Source: a virus (taxonomy: Duplodnaviria > Caudoviricetes). From it: a stretch of DNA of 64,000 nucleotides. Position 1 is the stretch's first letter. Each line of letters opens with the position of its first letter. Positions 27,441 through 37,282 of this stretch are shown in pieces. The notes beneath the pieces were generated by a model. It saw only the letters and a list, made by a program, of their open reading frames with translations, ran no database searches and had not been told where the DNA came from. The stretch covers positions 64,001 through 128,000 of the IMG/VR virus record IMGVR_UViG_3300028888_000061; one strand, written 5' to 3'. The translations under genes and the position numbers were made by a program.

Positions 27441-28103
27441 TTGAGTTGGACGATGGCTGAGAATTTGTCTGCTTCTGTTGTGTCTTCATCTGTTTCTTTA
27501 CCGCTTTCAAAAACATGCCTCTATATGGCTCATGCTTTTATGTCAGGAAGGCCACACCCTGTTTCTTACGTGAAATCTGCGATAGATACAGGTTCCGTGA
27601 GTATCGACACAGAGACCTCCGATGTGTGTATGGAGAAAGCCAGGTTATGCCTGAATGACCTTGATGCTTTAATTTCACGTCTGTCGAAAGATGGAAATGC
27701 GGAACGATTGCTGACACGCTTAGTTGAGATGGCTAAGTTTGTTGGAACAGAACACGCAGTACGAGAGTCTGATTTGGGTGTTCTTGCTTTTATGTTTCGT
27801 CAGCATTTTGGTTGTCGGAAAAAAGACAGGAGACCAAAAACCCAGTGTTATGAATTCGCCCCGTATGGTAAAGTTTCCGTTGTTCCGTCTCAGGTTTCAT
27901 TTATGGCTGATGGCGTAGATGTTTACGGTAAGTACTTCAGACTGTATTCTGTTACTGATGAAGACGCAAAGGTACTTTACGTGGTACGGTCGGATGAATG
28001 GATTGATGACTTTCTTGAAGCCGATGTGCTGACATTAAATGTCGAAAAGCGTGAGACCCGAAAGGGTGTCAATCAGTCTTTATGCAGTCTTGTGATAAAG
28101 TAA
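27441..28103 (+). CDS. Hypothetical protein
   Basis: 220-aa co-oriented ORF. Confidence 0.6.
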   Translation: MSWTMAENLSASVVSSSVSLPLSKTCLYMAHAFMSGRPHPVSYVKSAIDTGSVSIDTETSDVCMEKARLCLNDLDALISRLSKDGNAERLLTRLVEMAKFVGTEHAVRESDLGVLAFMFRQHFGCRKKDRRPKTQCYEFAPYGKVSVVPSQVSFMADGVDVYGKYFRLYSVTDEDAKVLYVVRSDEWIDDFLEADVLTLNVEKRETRKGVNQSLCSLVIK

Positions 28104-28118
28104 TTCAGGAGGTGTACT

Positions 28119-29219
28119 GTGCAGCAGTTTGAAAATGAGGAGTTTTACGTCGAGGTTTATGACAGATACAGCGAAAAGCCTTTGTTTGACGCAGCGTGCA
28201 TTGTGTTCAGTCTGGGGCGTAAGATGCTTGATTGGGCTTTAGCTCGTGTGCCCAATGAGGAGAAAGTCCTTTCAGAGCATCCATGTGGACGTAACTATTT
28301 GACGCTTGGTGGCGTTAGGACTTTGTGCAAGAAATCGAATTCGAAGAAAAGTCGCCGGTTTCGTGATTGGTTTGAGAATGTTGTCGTAAGCAGTGTGTTT
28401 CCGCAGGATGTTGTTGATGCAGCAGACTTGTTTGTCAGTGAAAATGATTTGTCCACTTCTGACGATTCGTCATGTAAGGCACAGAAAAAGTCTGTTGAAG
28501 TGTTTGATGAGCAAAACGACGTTGCGACGCAATTACAGTCTTCAAACACGTGTCAAGAAACAGAAGCCTCGAATAATCTCGTTAAGTGTTTCGACAATGG
28601 TGTTTTCAGTGTTCGTACTGTTATGCGTGACGGTGAAACGTGGTTTGTTGCAAGTGATGTGTGTAAGTGTCTTGGACTGGCACAGGTAAGTCGTGCATGT
28701 GACAGGCTGGATGAGGACGAGAGAGTCTTACTAAAAGTAACCCACCCCCAGAACCCTGAAAAAGAGTTGGATGTGTGTGGTGTTTCTGAATCTGGTCTCT
28801 ATGCTCTGATTTTGCGCTCAAATAAACCAGAGGCAAAGCCATTTCGTAAGTGGGTGACTTCGGAAGTTCTGCCTACCATACGAAAAACCGGCATGTACGT
28901 TCCGCAGCATGTTATGGACAGGATAGCGGTGCTTGAACAGATGGTTCTTGAAATTCGTGATGTATTACCGGTTCAGAATCAGCAGTCATCGTTTAGAACT
29001 GCACGTGATGTTTGTGAAGAACTTGGTCTTGATGTTGTTGACACGACGTTCAAGTTTATTGTGTCGTCTTACATGAAGAATCTTTGTGATCAGCATCCAG
29101 AGCGTGAGACATACAGTCGTGGGTTTAACGGGATACGGGTTTTTCCTTCCTGGGTAACTGACGAGTTTATATCTATGTATCGAACCAATCCAAAGATACT
29201 TGACCCTTATCTTCCGTGA
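28119..29219 (+). CDS. Bro-N domain antirepressor-like protein
   Basis: VRTVMRDGETWFVASDVCKCL...VSESGLYALILRSNKPEAKPFRKWVTSEVLPTIRKTG; degenerate second Bro-N copy at the N-terminus. Confidence 0.9.
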   Translation: MQQFENEEFYVEVYDRYSEKPLFDAACIVFSLGRKMLDWALARVPNEEKVLSEHPCGRNYLTLGGVRTLCKKSNSKKSRRFRDWFENVVVSSVFPQDVVDAADLFVSENDLSTSDDSSCKAQKKSVEVFDEQNDVATQLQSSNTCQETEASNNLVKCFDNGVFSVRTVMRDGETWFVASDVCKCLGLAQVSRACDRLDEDERVLLKVTHPQNPEKELDVCGVSESGLYALILRSNKPEAKPFRKWVTSEVLPTIRKTGMYVPQHVMDRIAVLEQMVLEIRDVLPVQNQQSSFRTARDVCEELGLDVVDTTFKFIVSSYMKNLCDQHPERETYSRGFNGIRVFPSWVTDEFISMYRTNPKILDPYLP

Positions 29220-29276
29220 CATGATGCGTGCAATCTAAACTTATTAGTTTGCGTTTCGTAGCATTGGAGGTTTTTC

Positions 29277-30899
29277 ATGGCAGGACGCACGGTTCCAAAG
29301 ACAACAAGGGTTAGTTCGGACAACGAGAATCCGCAGGGCGTCCATCCGTCTGTGTCATCGGATGGCGTCATAGAGAAAAAGAGTGGTGGTCTTTTTCAGT
29401 GGGTCAAGAGTCTGTTTGGTGGGCGTGTTCGTGTTGTCGATGACCCGCAAGATTCTCGTGACGATTTTCTGAAAGACCTTATTTCAAGAACAGATTGTTC
29501 CATTCTCGGCGACCTTCACAATTATGCAACTGACCGAGAGGGCATGATTGCTGATTATAAGGAAATGCTTACAGATGCAACAGTTATTGCAGCTGTTGAG
29601 TTAATCGCAGAGGATTCAAGTATCATCGATAACGATACGAATCTTGCGGCATGGGTTACATGTCAGGATGACCCTGACTTCGGCGACATGATGACCCAAT
29701 GGCTCGCAGATACGGTGAACATCAATGACCTTATTTATCCGATAGCTTTCAATATCGTTGCTTTCGGAGAGTGTTTTCTAAATACGAATTTTACGAATGA
29801 AGTGTACCGTGAGAATTTTACTCTCGGTGATTTCTTTTCCATTGCTGACCCGCTTGAGTGTATTCACCTGTTTCGTTTTGGTGCTCCTCTTGGGTATGCC
29901 ATACGAGAAGGTGATGGTGTTTACACGTATGGCGAGAATGACGCGATTCTTCCGGAGAAGTCTTACATACATTTCATTTCTGACCGTGGGCAAGACCAGG
30001 CAGTAGGCGACCCTGATGACGGTGTTGTTATCCGTTACGGTACAAGTTTTCTGGATGCCGCAAAGTACCTTTTCAGACAGAAGAAATTATTGGATGACTT
30101 ATTGATTCTCGCCCGTCTTACTAGAAGTGCTTTTTATCGCATTTTCAGTGTTGAGGTAGGGAACGCAACAAGTCAGGATACCGCCAGGATGATGCGTGAG
30201 GTACGCACAGCCATCAACTCAAAACAGTCTCTTAATGTCGCACAGGGTGTTTTCAGTTCTGTGAACGCTCCAATGATAACCGGCGGTAATGTTTACATTC
30301 CGGTTAGAAACGGTGTTGGTAATGTGAGTGTCAATGAGGTTTCTGCTCCGACAGAGATTGGACAGCTTACGGATGTGAATAATATCTTAAAGAGCTTTAT
30401 GGGTGCTTTAGGTGTTCCGCCTCAATTTCTTGGTTTCGCAGATGAAACAGGAGGCGGTCTGAATGATTCAACGCTTACGCAGCTTGATATCCGTTATGCA
30501 AGAAAAGTCAAACGTGTGCAGCGTATTTTGCGTGAAGGTATCAAGAAGCTCGTTATCTGGAAATGTCTTATTGACGATATCATGCCGCCTGAGTTTACAA
30601 TTCAGATGCCGACCATTCTCACAGGTGAAGACGAAAAGCGTGCTACTGCGATTACTGCAGAAGTTGACCGTATGAATACAGCACTTGACATCGTTGCAAA
30701 GATTGACCCTGAATACATGAACGGCGTGAATAAACGTGAACTGATTTACTTCATTCTGCACAAGGTGTTCAAGAATGATGACCTGCTTGACGCTCTGGGT
30801 TACAACAATCCGCAACCGGAAACACAGGGAAACGGAGAAGAGGGCGGTGAAGATGAAGAGGGTGGATTCGACAGAGGTGGCGGATTCGGCGCTGTGTAG
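29277..30899 (+). CDS. Portal protein (T4 gp20-like)
   Basis: DYKEM, YGTSFLDAAK...QKKLLDDLLILARLTRS..RIFSVEVG, YIPVR, ALGVPPQFL, RYARKVKRVQ. Confidence 0.9.
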   Translation: MAGRTVPKTTRVSSDNENPQGVHPSVSSDGVIEKKSGGLFQWVKSLFGGRVRVVDDPQDSRDDFLKDLISRTDCSILGDLHNYATDREGMIADYKEMLTDATVIAAVELIAEDSSIIDNDTNLAAWVTCQDDPDFGDMMTQWLADTVNINDLIYPIAFNIVAFGECFLNTNFTNEVYRENFTLGDFFSIADPLECIHLFRFGAPLGYAIREGDGVYTYGENDAILPEKSYIHFISDRGQDQAVGDPDDGVVIRYGTSFLDAAKYLFRQKKLLDDLLILARLTRSAFYRIFSVEVGNATSQDTARMMREVRTAINSKQSLNVAQGVFSSVNAPMITGGNVYIPVRNGVGNVSVNEVSAPTEIGQLTDVNNILKSFMGALGVPPQFLGFADETGGGLNDSTLTQLDIRYARKVKRVQRILREGIKKLVIWKCLIDDIMPPEFTIQMPTILTGEDEKRATAITAEVDRMNTALDIVAKIDPEYMNGVNKRELIYFILHKVFKNDDLLDALGYNNPQPETQGNGEEGGEDEEGGFDRGGGFGAV

Positions 30900-30956
30900 C
30901 TGAACACTATCAAAAGTGTTGTCAGATGAGTTAGGGGCCAATGGGGAGATTGTGTC

Positions 30957-31682
30957 ATGTTGGACGCAACGCATACGCTTTTTTTCATCATCGGCTTCCT
31001 TGTGCTTTTCAGTGTGGTGATGCCGTTGGTGGCACGTGTTACGAAAATTTCTTTTACATGGACTTTGGTAATCGTTTATCTCGGAATCCTGTTTGGTGTT
31101 ATACTTGATTTCTCGCATCTTACGAACGAAGTCCGTATGATTCTTGCAGTAGGCTCAATACTTGTGTCGGTGGCTTACATTCTTTCACATGTGTCTGAGA
31201 AAGCTCGGGCACGTGGTGAACAGTTACGTCTGCCAGAGATGAATTTGAAGAAAGGAAATACTCGTGTTAATGTAAAGTTCTCTGATGCTAAGAAGATTGT
31301 ATCTGAGGATGATGACAATCTTGATTTGAATGAACTTTCAACACTTCCGTATAACAACAACGATGCATTCGACACGGAGTTTCCTGTGCAGCAGGATAAC
31401 ACTTCGGTTGTTCAGAGTCAGATGAGAAGTACACAGGAGCGTATTACTGCACAGGAAAATCCGTATGCCATACGGACTCCTGTTCCTCAGACTTGCGCTC
31501 AGTCGAATCGTTCATTACGGCCTGTGTCCTCTGTGAACGACACGGTTGACCAGGACGAACTTGCACAGTTTATGAGGACTGACAGACGTGTTCGCCGGGA
31601 TGGAAACACAGGTGTCCATAGAATGTCCTCAAGTCAGGGATTTTCTTCTACACGTTCTGGAAACTGGAATCAGCCTCAGTGA
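30957..31682 (+). CDS. Membrane protein (about three N-terminal TM helices, polar tail)
   Basis: Three hydrophobic stretches in the first 80 aa; holin-like role unproven. Confidence 0.6.
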   Translation: MLDATHTLFFIIGFLVLFSVVMPLVARVTKISFTWTLVIVYLGILFGVILDFSHLTNEVRMILAVGSILVSVAYILSHVSEKARARGEQLRLPEMNLKKGNTRVNVKFSDAKKIVSEDDDNLDLNELSTLPYNNNDAFDTEFPVQQDNTSVVQSQMRSTQERITAQENPYAIRTPVPQTCAQSNRSLRPVSSVNDTVDQDELAQFMRTDRRVRRDGNTGVHRMSSSQGFSSTRSGNWNQPQ

Positions 31683-31715
31683 ATTACCCACCCGCTAAAA
31701 CGGTGGGTAATTCAC
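31679..31715. repeat. Perfect 14-bp-stem palindrome between convergent genes, IS605 right-end-like
   Basis: GTGAATTACCCACC-CGCTAAAAC-GGTGGGTAATTCAC. Confidence 0.75.
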
Positions 31716-31720
31716 GAACA

Positions 31721-34700
31721 TCACACGATTTGGTTGTTGTATGGTATGTCTAACACATAAAGATGTTCCGTTGAGTTTCCGATAGCCATCAGTAATACCA
31801 GGTCGCCGACTTTCAGCAGCACATCATCATCGATGTCGTGGCAGTAGGGCTTCAGGCTCTTTGGTTTTTCAGTCAGCGACATGTCGTACTCTCCAATGCT
31901 GTTGGATAATGACATAGACGGTCCGACCATTGCTCCAAGTTCACTTACGAGTGATGAGTCTAAGGTACCACTTGCAGCTTCAAATGTGTCATTGACTTTA
32001 GTTGCTACATCGCCGAGTTTGTTTAGTGTCGATATTACTTCATTCACACCTTTCGTAGCACCGAGCATCGTCATTATTTTTTCTGTTAGTGCTTTCAGGT
32101 CTATTGTTTTACCTACGAGTTCTCCTATACCGCCCATTATGTTTTTTACGATGTCGTTGAACTCTGATGCGAACTCTGAGATATCTGCTTTGGCATCTTC
32201 CATAAACGCTGTCAGCTTGTCCATTACTTTTTGTTCTGCATCAGACAGTAGTGGCTCTATATGCTTGAGGGCGTCAAAGTCAACCACATCAAAAGCCTTG
32301 TCAATGGCATTTGGAATCGTCTCCGTCACTGCCTGTTTTGCTTTTTTCATATTTTCCAGGATTTGTTCAAAGTTGTCTGCCGAGCTTGACTCCGTTTCTG
32401 TATTTGCGTCATGCTCTTTTTTGACAATCGTTGAAATGTTGTCACGGTAGACATGCATAGGAAGTAGGCTATTTGGTACTGCGTTTTTCTTTAGCCGTGC
32501 TCTGTCTTGTATTTTATCATTTTTAGGGTCTATGCTGATGAACATCAATTCCTTGCAGGCATTGGTCTGTACTTCTATGCTGAAGTCTTTAGTATAGGAC
32601 ATCACATCGCCGTCTTTCTTTTTGTTGTACCTTATTGCTACCTGGCTTTCGTCTTCACCTGTTCGTGTGAATACTCCTATGCCTGTATCTGTGCCTTCTG
32701 TTTTTATCGGTTGCGTGAGGAAGAAGAATGTGGAGACATCAACCGGTGAAGCTCCCTCGTCTTCGTACCAGAGTATTTGGTCGCATGTGACCGTTACGTC
32801 TTTGCTTGCCACGGTATTTAGCTGCTCTCTTTCACGGAAGACTTTATTTCCAGAGTCGTCAACTACAGGGTTGTTGTCTTCGTCAAGTTCTGGCTCGTAT
32901 ACGGTATTCCAGAATGTAAACTCTTCAACATTTCCGTTCTTATCGGTTCCGACACCTCTGTTCACTTCATACAGCAAAATAGGTAATTCCATGTTGCTCG
33001 TTGTCATAGGGTATATGTAGTGCAATCCATTTACTGTGAAGAAGCTGTTTTTCTGCATGATTAGCGGGTTTTCCATTTCAACGTACTTCCGCATGTTTAT
33101 AGTGAACTCTGTGTCACTGTAAGAAAACTTTAGTCCGTTTGGGTCTTTATCCACATCGCCGATGCTTACCTTTACCTGTGAACGTCCTGATGGAATACCC
33201 GCCGGTTTTTTGTATGGGTACTTTGACGTGTCAAATACGAACACAAGCCAATTTGTAAGAAGTGCTGCCTGTTCTGCATTTAGTGTTATGACCTTTCCTT
33301 TCATCTCTGGATGTTTTTCAAGGTATTCTTCACTCACCAGATTTTGTGCCTTGAATACAGACACTTCTTTAAGTTTTGTTTCTTGCGTAGTCTTTACGGA
33401 TTTCTTTTTCTTTTCGGCCTGTATCTCACGTATGTCAATAACGAATGCGGGGCACACTTGGAATATTATACCTGTCTGGCTGTCAACTCGGATATATCCA
33501 GAGTTCGAGTGTTTGTAGCAATAGAACTCATTTCCAGACATGTCTGTGAGTGCTTTCGGTGTGTATGACCCGTTTGTTTGTTGTTCGTATAACACGCCAC
33601 CTTTAATGAGGACATGCAGAGATGCAAGCATTTCATTTACGTATGCGCAGAAGTACCACCTTGCGTAGTTAATCAGAGAACCCATCTTTGAGGTTTCCTG
33701 TTCGCTATAAGTTCCTATTTCACTTATGTAGGTAAGATAACTGCCGTATGAGGTTTTACCTGAGTAGGTACGTGATTCTGTCTTCCATTTCGGAAAGAAA
33801 TCATTGTTGATGTCTATTTCCGGAAGGGTCATGTTGTATTTGTCTATGTACGTATATTTTATGCTGTCTGGCTGTATTCCGATAATGGAACAGATGTAGT
33901 TTAGGATTCCGTCATCTACGGTACGTGCATACTTCGTGGAATCTTCGATACCTTGTATGGTTGCCTCTAAGATTTGTCCGACAATTTCATCTCTGTCAGA
34001 ACTTTGTACGATTAGTGTTTGAGGTAGCTTTTCAAGTGTTTTGGAAACGAGTTCAGAAGGCTTGGCTGTCGGATTGTTCAGTGCATCAGCATAAGACACT
34101 ATCGGAATCATCTTTTTCTGAAGCCATGCCGCAAAGTCGTTAGAGATTCGACTGTAAACTTTCTGCGTTGCTTGGGTCACAGGGGATGACTTTTTCAGAT
34201 ATGGTGAATCTTTTATGTCGTATAAGCTGACACGTCTCCCACGTATTCCATCCCATAGTTCTGTACCTTCGTCCGGTTTACTTGTTACTGTACATCCTTC
34301 GTACACCGAGTTTAGAAATTCGTTCAGGATTGAATTTACGCTTGTCATTTCTGATGTAGATGGCGTCATACGTTCCTCAATCGTTTCGTACACGTCATCC
34401 ATCGGTTTAAATTGTTCTACGAGCATTCCGGGAAGTGCTTTTACGACATCACCGGCATCAGTATTCAGCAACCACTGTGTCTTGCTTACCAGCTGTTTTG
34501 CTGTTCGCCCTACAAAGCTCTGCATTATTTTTTCTTTTAGCGGTTCAAATGCTTTTATTAGTAATTCGATGATTTTGTCTTTTCCATAATCGAATGCTTT
34601 TTTTAGCGCCTCTTTCACGGCCTTGACTACGAAACCGACAATTTTATCACATATCTTTTCCAGAACTTTTTTCACGACTATTGACGCCATGAAGCGTGCT

Positions 34701-35776
34701 GGCATTGGAAGTTTTGCGATGATTGGCGAAATTGCCTGTGACACTATCTTTGCCAGTTTTTTCTTTACCTTTCTTAGTGGTGGCTTTAGCTTTTTGTTTA
34801 CTACGTTGAGTATTTTGTCACGTATTTTCCCTACGGCTTCGTTATAGAGCGCTGTTACCTTGTTTACGAGAGGTGACACAACGCTCATAATGATTTCTTT
34901 TAGTTGACTCTGCACCACACCTACTGCGGAAGCAGCCAGGTTTTTTAATTGCTCTTCGGCTGTCTTTTGAAGAGCATTTATTTTCTGAACGATTTGTTTT
35001 TCTGCATCAGTCAACGCTTCATGTAGTACATCTCGTTTGTTTATCAGTTCATCGAACCCATAGGCTTCTTTTAGTCTTGGAAGAAGTCCAGATACGAGGT
35101 TTACACCATCAGAGAGCAGTGTTTGCACACTGTTTCCTGGTATCGCAAGGGAGCTAAGGATTGAACTCTTTATTTTATCGATTATGTCTGATGCGTCCAG
35201 TGATGGGATTAAAGAGTCATTGCTTCCAGGTTCAAGCGGTTTCGTCATGCTCGACAGTGCATTCGAGAATGATTCTTCGACGATTTGTCCAACATCTACT
35301 GATGTTGCCGGTGCGGGTATTCCAGTTTCAGACAAAGACACGAAAATTGGCGGAATATTGACAATACCGATTGCATTCAAGGCTGTGGACACGGTTGTAA
35401 TCCACGTCATTGTCAGAGGGTCGAACATGTAGTTCGAGATGCTTATGCTTCCGTTTCCTGCGAATGACCCTTTGTAGTAAATCGTCTGTGGATTTTCCCA
35501 GAGGTTGGCTGCCATGACGAGTCCACGTGGAAGCATGGCTCGTCTGTAGCCATAGCTTTCCAGTTCGTGTTCCATGTCTTTGCCTTTATCCTCGCTTGAC
35601 TTTGGTTGTTTTATGTCGCCATCAAGTGCATTGAGGTCTACGTACACGAGTCCGTTTTCTTTCCAGGACGAAGGCATGTAAACGATGCGGCCTATGTAAA
35701 CGGATAATGGACTGGATGAAATGGCATCCTCGAACGATAATGGTTTTTTTGCTTTTGATTTAGGCATGGTTCTCAC
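31721..35776 (-). CDS. Large probable virion/baseplate protein with long helical regions
   Basis: 1351 aa; termini resemble gp5/gpV OB-fold strands; amphipathic helical tracts inside. Confidence 0.5.
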   Translation of the reverse strand: MRTMPKSKAKKPLSFEDAISSSPLSVYIGRIVYMPSSWKENGLVYVDLNALDGDIKQPKSSEDKGKDMEHELESYGYRRAMLPRGLVMAANLWENPQTIYYKGSFAGNGSISISNYMFDPLTMTWITTVSTALNAIGIVNIPPIFVSLSETGIPAPATSVDVGQIVEESFSNALSSMTKPLEPGSNDSLIPSLDASDIIDKIKSSILSSLAIPGNSVQTLLSDGVNLVSGLLPRLKEAYGFDELINKRDVLHEALTDAEKQIVQKINALQKTAEEQLKNLAASAVGVVQSQLKEIIMSVVSPLVNKVTALYNEAVGKIRDKILNVVNKKLKPPLRKVKKKLAKIVSQAISPIIAKLPMPARFMASIVVKKVLEKICDKIVGFVVKAVKEALKKAFDYGKDKIIELLIKAFEPLKEKIMQSFVGRTAKQLVSKTQWLLNTDAGDVVKALPGMLVEQFKPMDDVYETIEERMTPSTSEMTSVNSILNEFLNSVYEGCTVTSKPDEGTELWDGIRGRRVSLYDIKDSPYLKKSSPVTQATQKVYSRISNDFAAWLQKKMIPIVSYADALNNPTAKPSELVSKTLEKLPQTLIVQSSDRDEIVGQILEATIQGIEDSTKYARTVDDGILNYICSIIGIQPDSIKYTYIDKYNMTLPEIDINNDFFPKWKTESRTYSGKTSYGSYLTYISEIGTYSEQETSKMGSLINYARWYFCAYVNEMLASLHVLIKGGVLYEQQTNGSYTPKALTDMSGNEFYCYKHSNSGYIRVDSQTGIIFQVCPAFVIDIREIQAEKKKKSVKTTQETKLKEVSVFKAQNLVSEEYLEKHPEMKGKVITLNAEQAALLTNWLVFVFDTSKYPYKKPAGIPSGRSQVKVSIGDVDKDPNGLKFSYSDTEFTINMRKYVEMENPLIMQKNSFFTVNGLHYIYPMTTSNMELPILLYEVNRGVGTDKNGNVEEFTFWNTVYEPELDEDNNPVVDDSGNKVFREREQLNTVASKDVTVTCDQILWYEDEGASPVDVSTFFFLTQPIKTEGTDTGIGVFTRTGEDESQVAIRYNKKKDGDVMSYTKDFSIEVQTNACKELMFISIDPKNDKIQDRARLKKNAVPNSLLPMHVYRDNISTIVKKEHDANTETESSSADNFEQILENMKKAKQAVTETIPNAIDKAFDVVDFDALKHIEPLLSDAEQKVMDKLTAFMEDAKADISEFASEFNDIVKNIMGGIGELVGKTIDLKALTEKIMTMLGATKGVNEVISTLNKLGDVATKVNDTFEAASGTLDSSLVSELGAMVGPSMSLSNSIGEYDMSLTEKPKSLKPYCHDIDDDVLLKVGDLVLLMAIGNSTEHLYVLDIPYNNQIV

Positions 35777-35824
35777 TCTCGTTTTCAGTGACAGATAAAC
35801 ACCTTTTCGTTTCGATACCTAAAG

Positions 35825-35978
35825 AAAAAGCGGCAAGACTTTCGTCATGCCGCTTTAATGGGTTGGCTGCTTAGGTGTCGGGGCAACCAAGCAGCCGATT
35901 CATTAACCTTTTTGCTCTCATTAGGTCGCCTGAGCGGCCAATCTCGCAAAGCCATAGTGCTAGTAAGGCTAAGGTGAT
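35825..35978 (-). ncRNA. Candidate ~155-nt structured small RNA or leader ending in an intrinsic terminator
   Basis: Multi-stem 5' part, long hairpin TTAATG..GGCTGCTT..AAGCAGCC..CATTAA, terminator AAAGCGGCA-TGACGAAAGTCT-TGCCGCTTTTT. Confidence 0.5.
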
Positions 35979-36081
35979 GTTTTTGATAAGTATGCGAGTC
36001 GCAAACCCATTCGGCTTTAGCCCGTGTGTAAGCGAGCAATATATCTTGAAACAAGATTAAAATAATGCTATTTTTATGTTT

Positions 36082-36169
36082 GGGTGGTTAGTCCGACGGG
36101 ATGAAAAGTGAGTAAGCCTCTCACCTACCACCCTCTAAAGCAAAAGGCACGTATTCAAGGCTAAATACC
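36082..36169 (+). ncRNA. Three-way-junction leader RNA, copy 2
   Basis: GGGTGGT-TAG-TCCGACGGGA-TGAAAA-GTGAG(TAAGCCT)CTCAC-CT-ACCACCC ... AGGCACGTATTCAAGGCTAAATACC-ATG; promoter TTGAAA-N17-TATTTT upstream. Confidence 0.65.
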
Positions 36170-37282
36170 ATGTTCAAAGCGTTCAAGTACAGACTCTATC
36201 CTACTGCACCTCAAGCAGAAAAAATCAACCAGAACATTGGTTGTGCTAGGTTCGTCTATAACCAGTTATTGGACGACAGAATCAAGGTCTATAAGGAAAC
36301 CAAACAGAAGTCCAAAAAGACTTACAGTGATTTAAAAGAAGAGTATGAATTTTTGAAGAAAGCTGATAGTCGTGCTTTGCTCCATGCCAGAGAAGCACTG
36401 GATGAAGCCTATAATAAGTTCTTCAAAGAACCAAACACAGGATTTCCAAAGTTCAAGGATAAGCACAAATCCAAATGGAGTTATACCACGGATAACAACA
36501 GTGATTCTATCCGATTTGATGGTAATCGTTTCAAACTTCCTAAAATAGGATACGTCAAAGTTGTTGAACATAGATTGCATGAGGGACGTATTCTTACTGC
36601 AACGATAAGCAAAGAGCGTAGTGGAGAATATTACGCATCTGTCCTGTGTGAAATAGAGCAACCAGAGTCATTGCCTGTCACAGATAAGTTTATTGGCATA
36701 GACTTAGGCTTACATGACATCGTTGTTTGTTCCGATGGAACGAGGGTTGAAGCTCCAAAGCACTTTCGTAAAGCGGAACATAATTTAGCGAGGAGGCAAC
36801 GTGCTTTTTCTCGCACACAGAAAGGCTCTAATGGACATGAAAGAGCACGTTTGAAAGTTGCCCGGTGTCATCAGAAAATAAAGAATCAACGTAATGATTT
36901 CTTGCAGAAGTTGTCCACCAAACTGATACACGAAAACCAAGTGATTTGTTTGGAAGACTTGTCTGTCAAAGGAATGGAACGAAACCACAAACTGGCTAAA
37001 AGTGTTACGGATGCTTCGTTTAGCAGGTTCGTTTCGATGCTTGCGTACAAGGCAGAATGGTATGGACGCAAGATAGTCAAGATAGACCGTTTTTACCCAA
37101 GCACTCAACTATGCAGTGGCTGTGGATATAAGAATGAGTCTGTCAGAGGACTGAAAGGCTTAAAAGTCAGGGAATGGATTTGTCCAAACTGTGGAGAAGT
37201 CCATGATCGAGATTTGAACGCCGCAAGGAACATCCTCAAAGAAGGAATAAGAGTTTTTGAACCTACGGAACGTGGGGGATAG
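36170..37282 (+). CDS. tnpB: RNA-guided nuclease TnpB
   Basis: KAFKYRLYPT, IGIDLG, ICLEDL, CSGC/CPNC, RDLNAARNI; catalytic triad intact. Confidence 0.96.
   Translation: MFKAFKYRLYPTAPQAEKINQNIGCARFVYNQLLDDRIKVYKETKQKSKKTYSDLKEEYEFLKKADSRALLHAREALDEAYNKFFKEPNTGFPKFKDKHKSKWSYTTDNNSDSIRFDGNRFKLPKIGYVKVVEHRLHEGRILTATISKERSGEYYASVLCEIEQPESLPVTDKFIGIDLGLHDIVVCSDGTRVEAPKHFRKAEHNLARRQRAFSRTQKGSNGHERARLKVARCHQKIKNQRNDFLQKLSTKLIHENQVICLEDLSVKGMERNHKLAKSVTDASFSRFVSMLAYKAEWYGRKIVKIDRFYPSTQLCSGCGYKNESVRGLKGLKVREWICPNCGEVHDRDLNAARNILKEGIRVFEPTERGG

Noticed and set aside
35957-35968. CTTACTAG in the small RNA matching the dispersed element core
   Set aside because: Only 8 nt; expected by chance at about this frequency in 64 kb.
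1236-37282. Catalytically dead TnpB (TldR) or Cas12f
   Set aside because: Both proteins keep the RuvC D/E/D residues, have IS ends and lack a CRISPR array. I saw no second match to either guide in the window.
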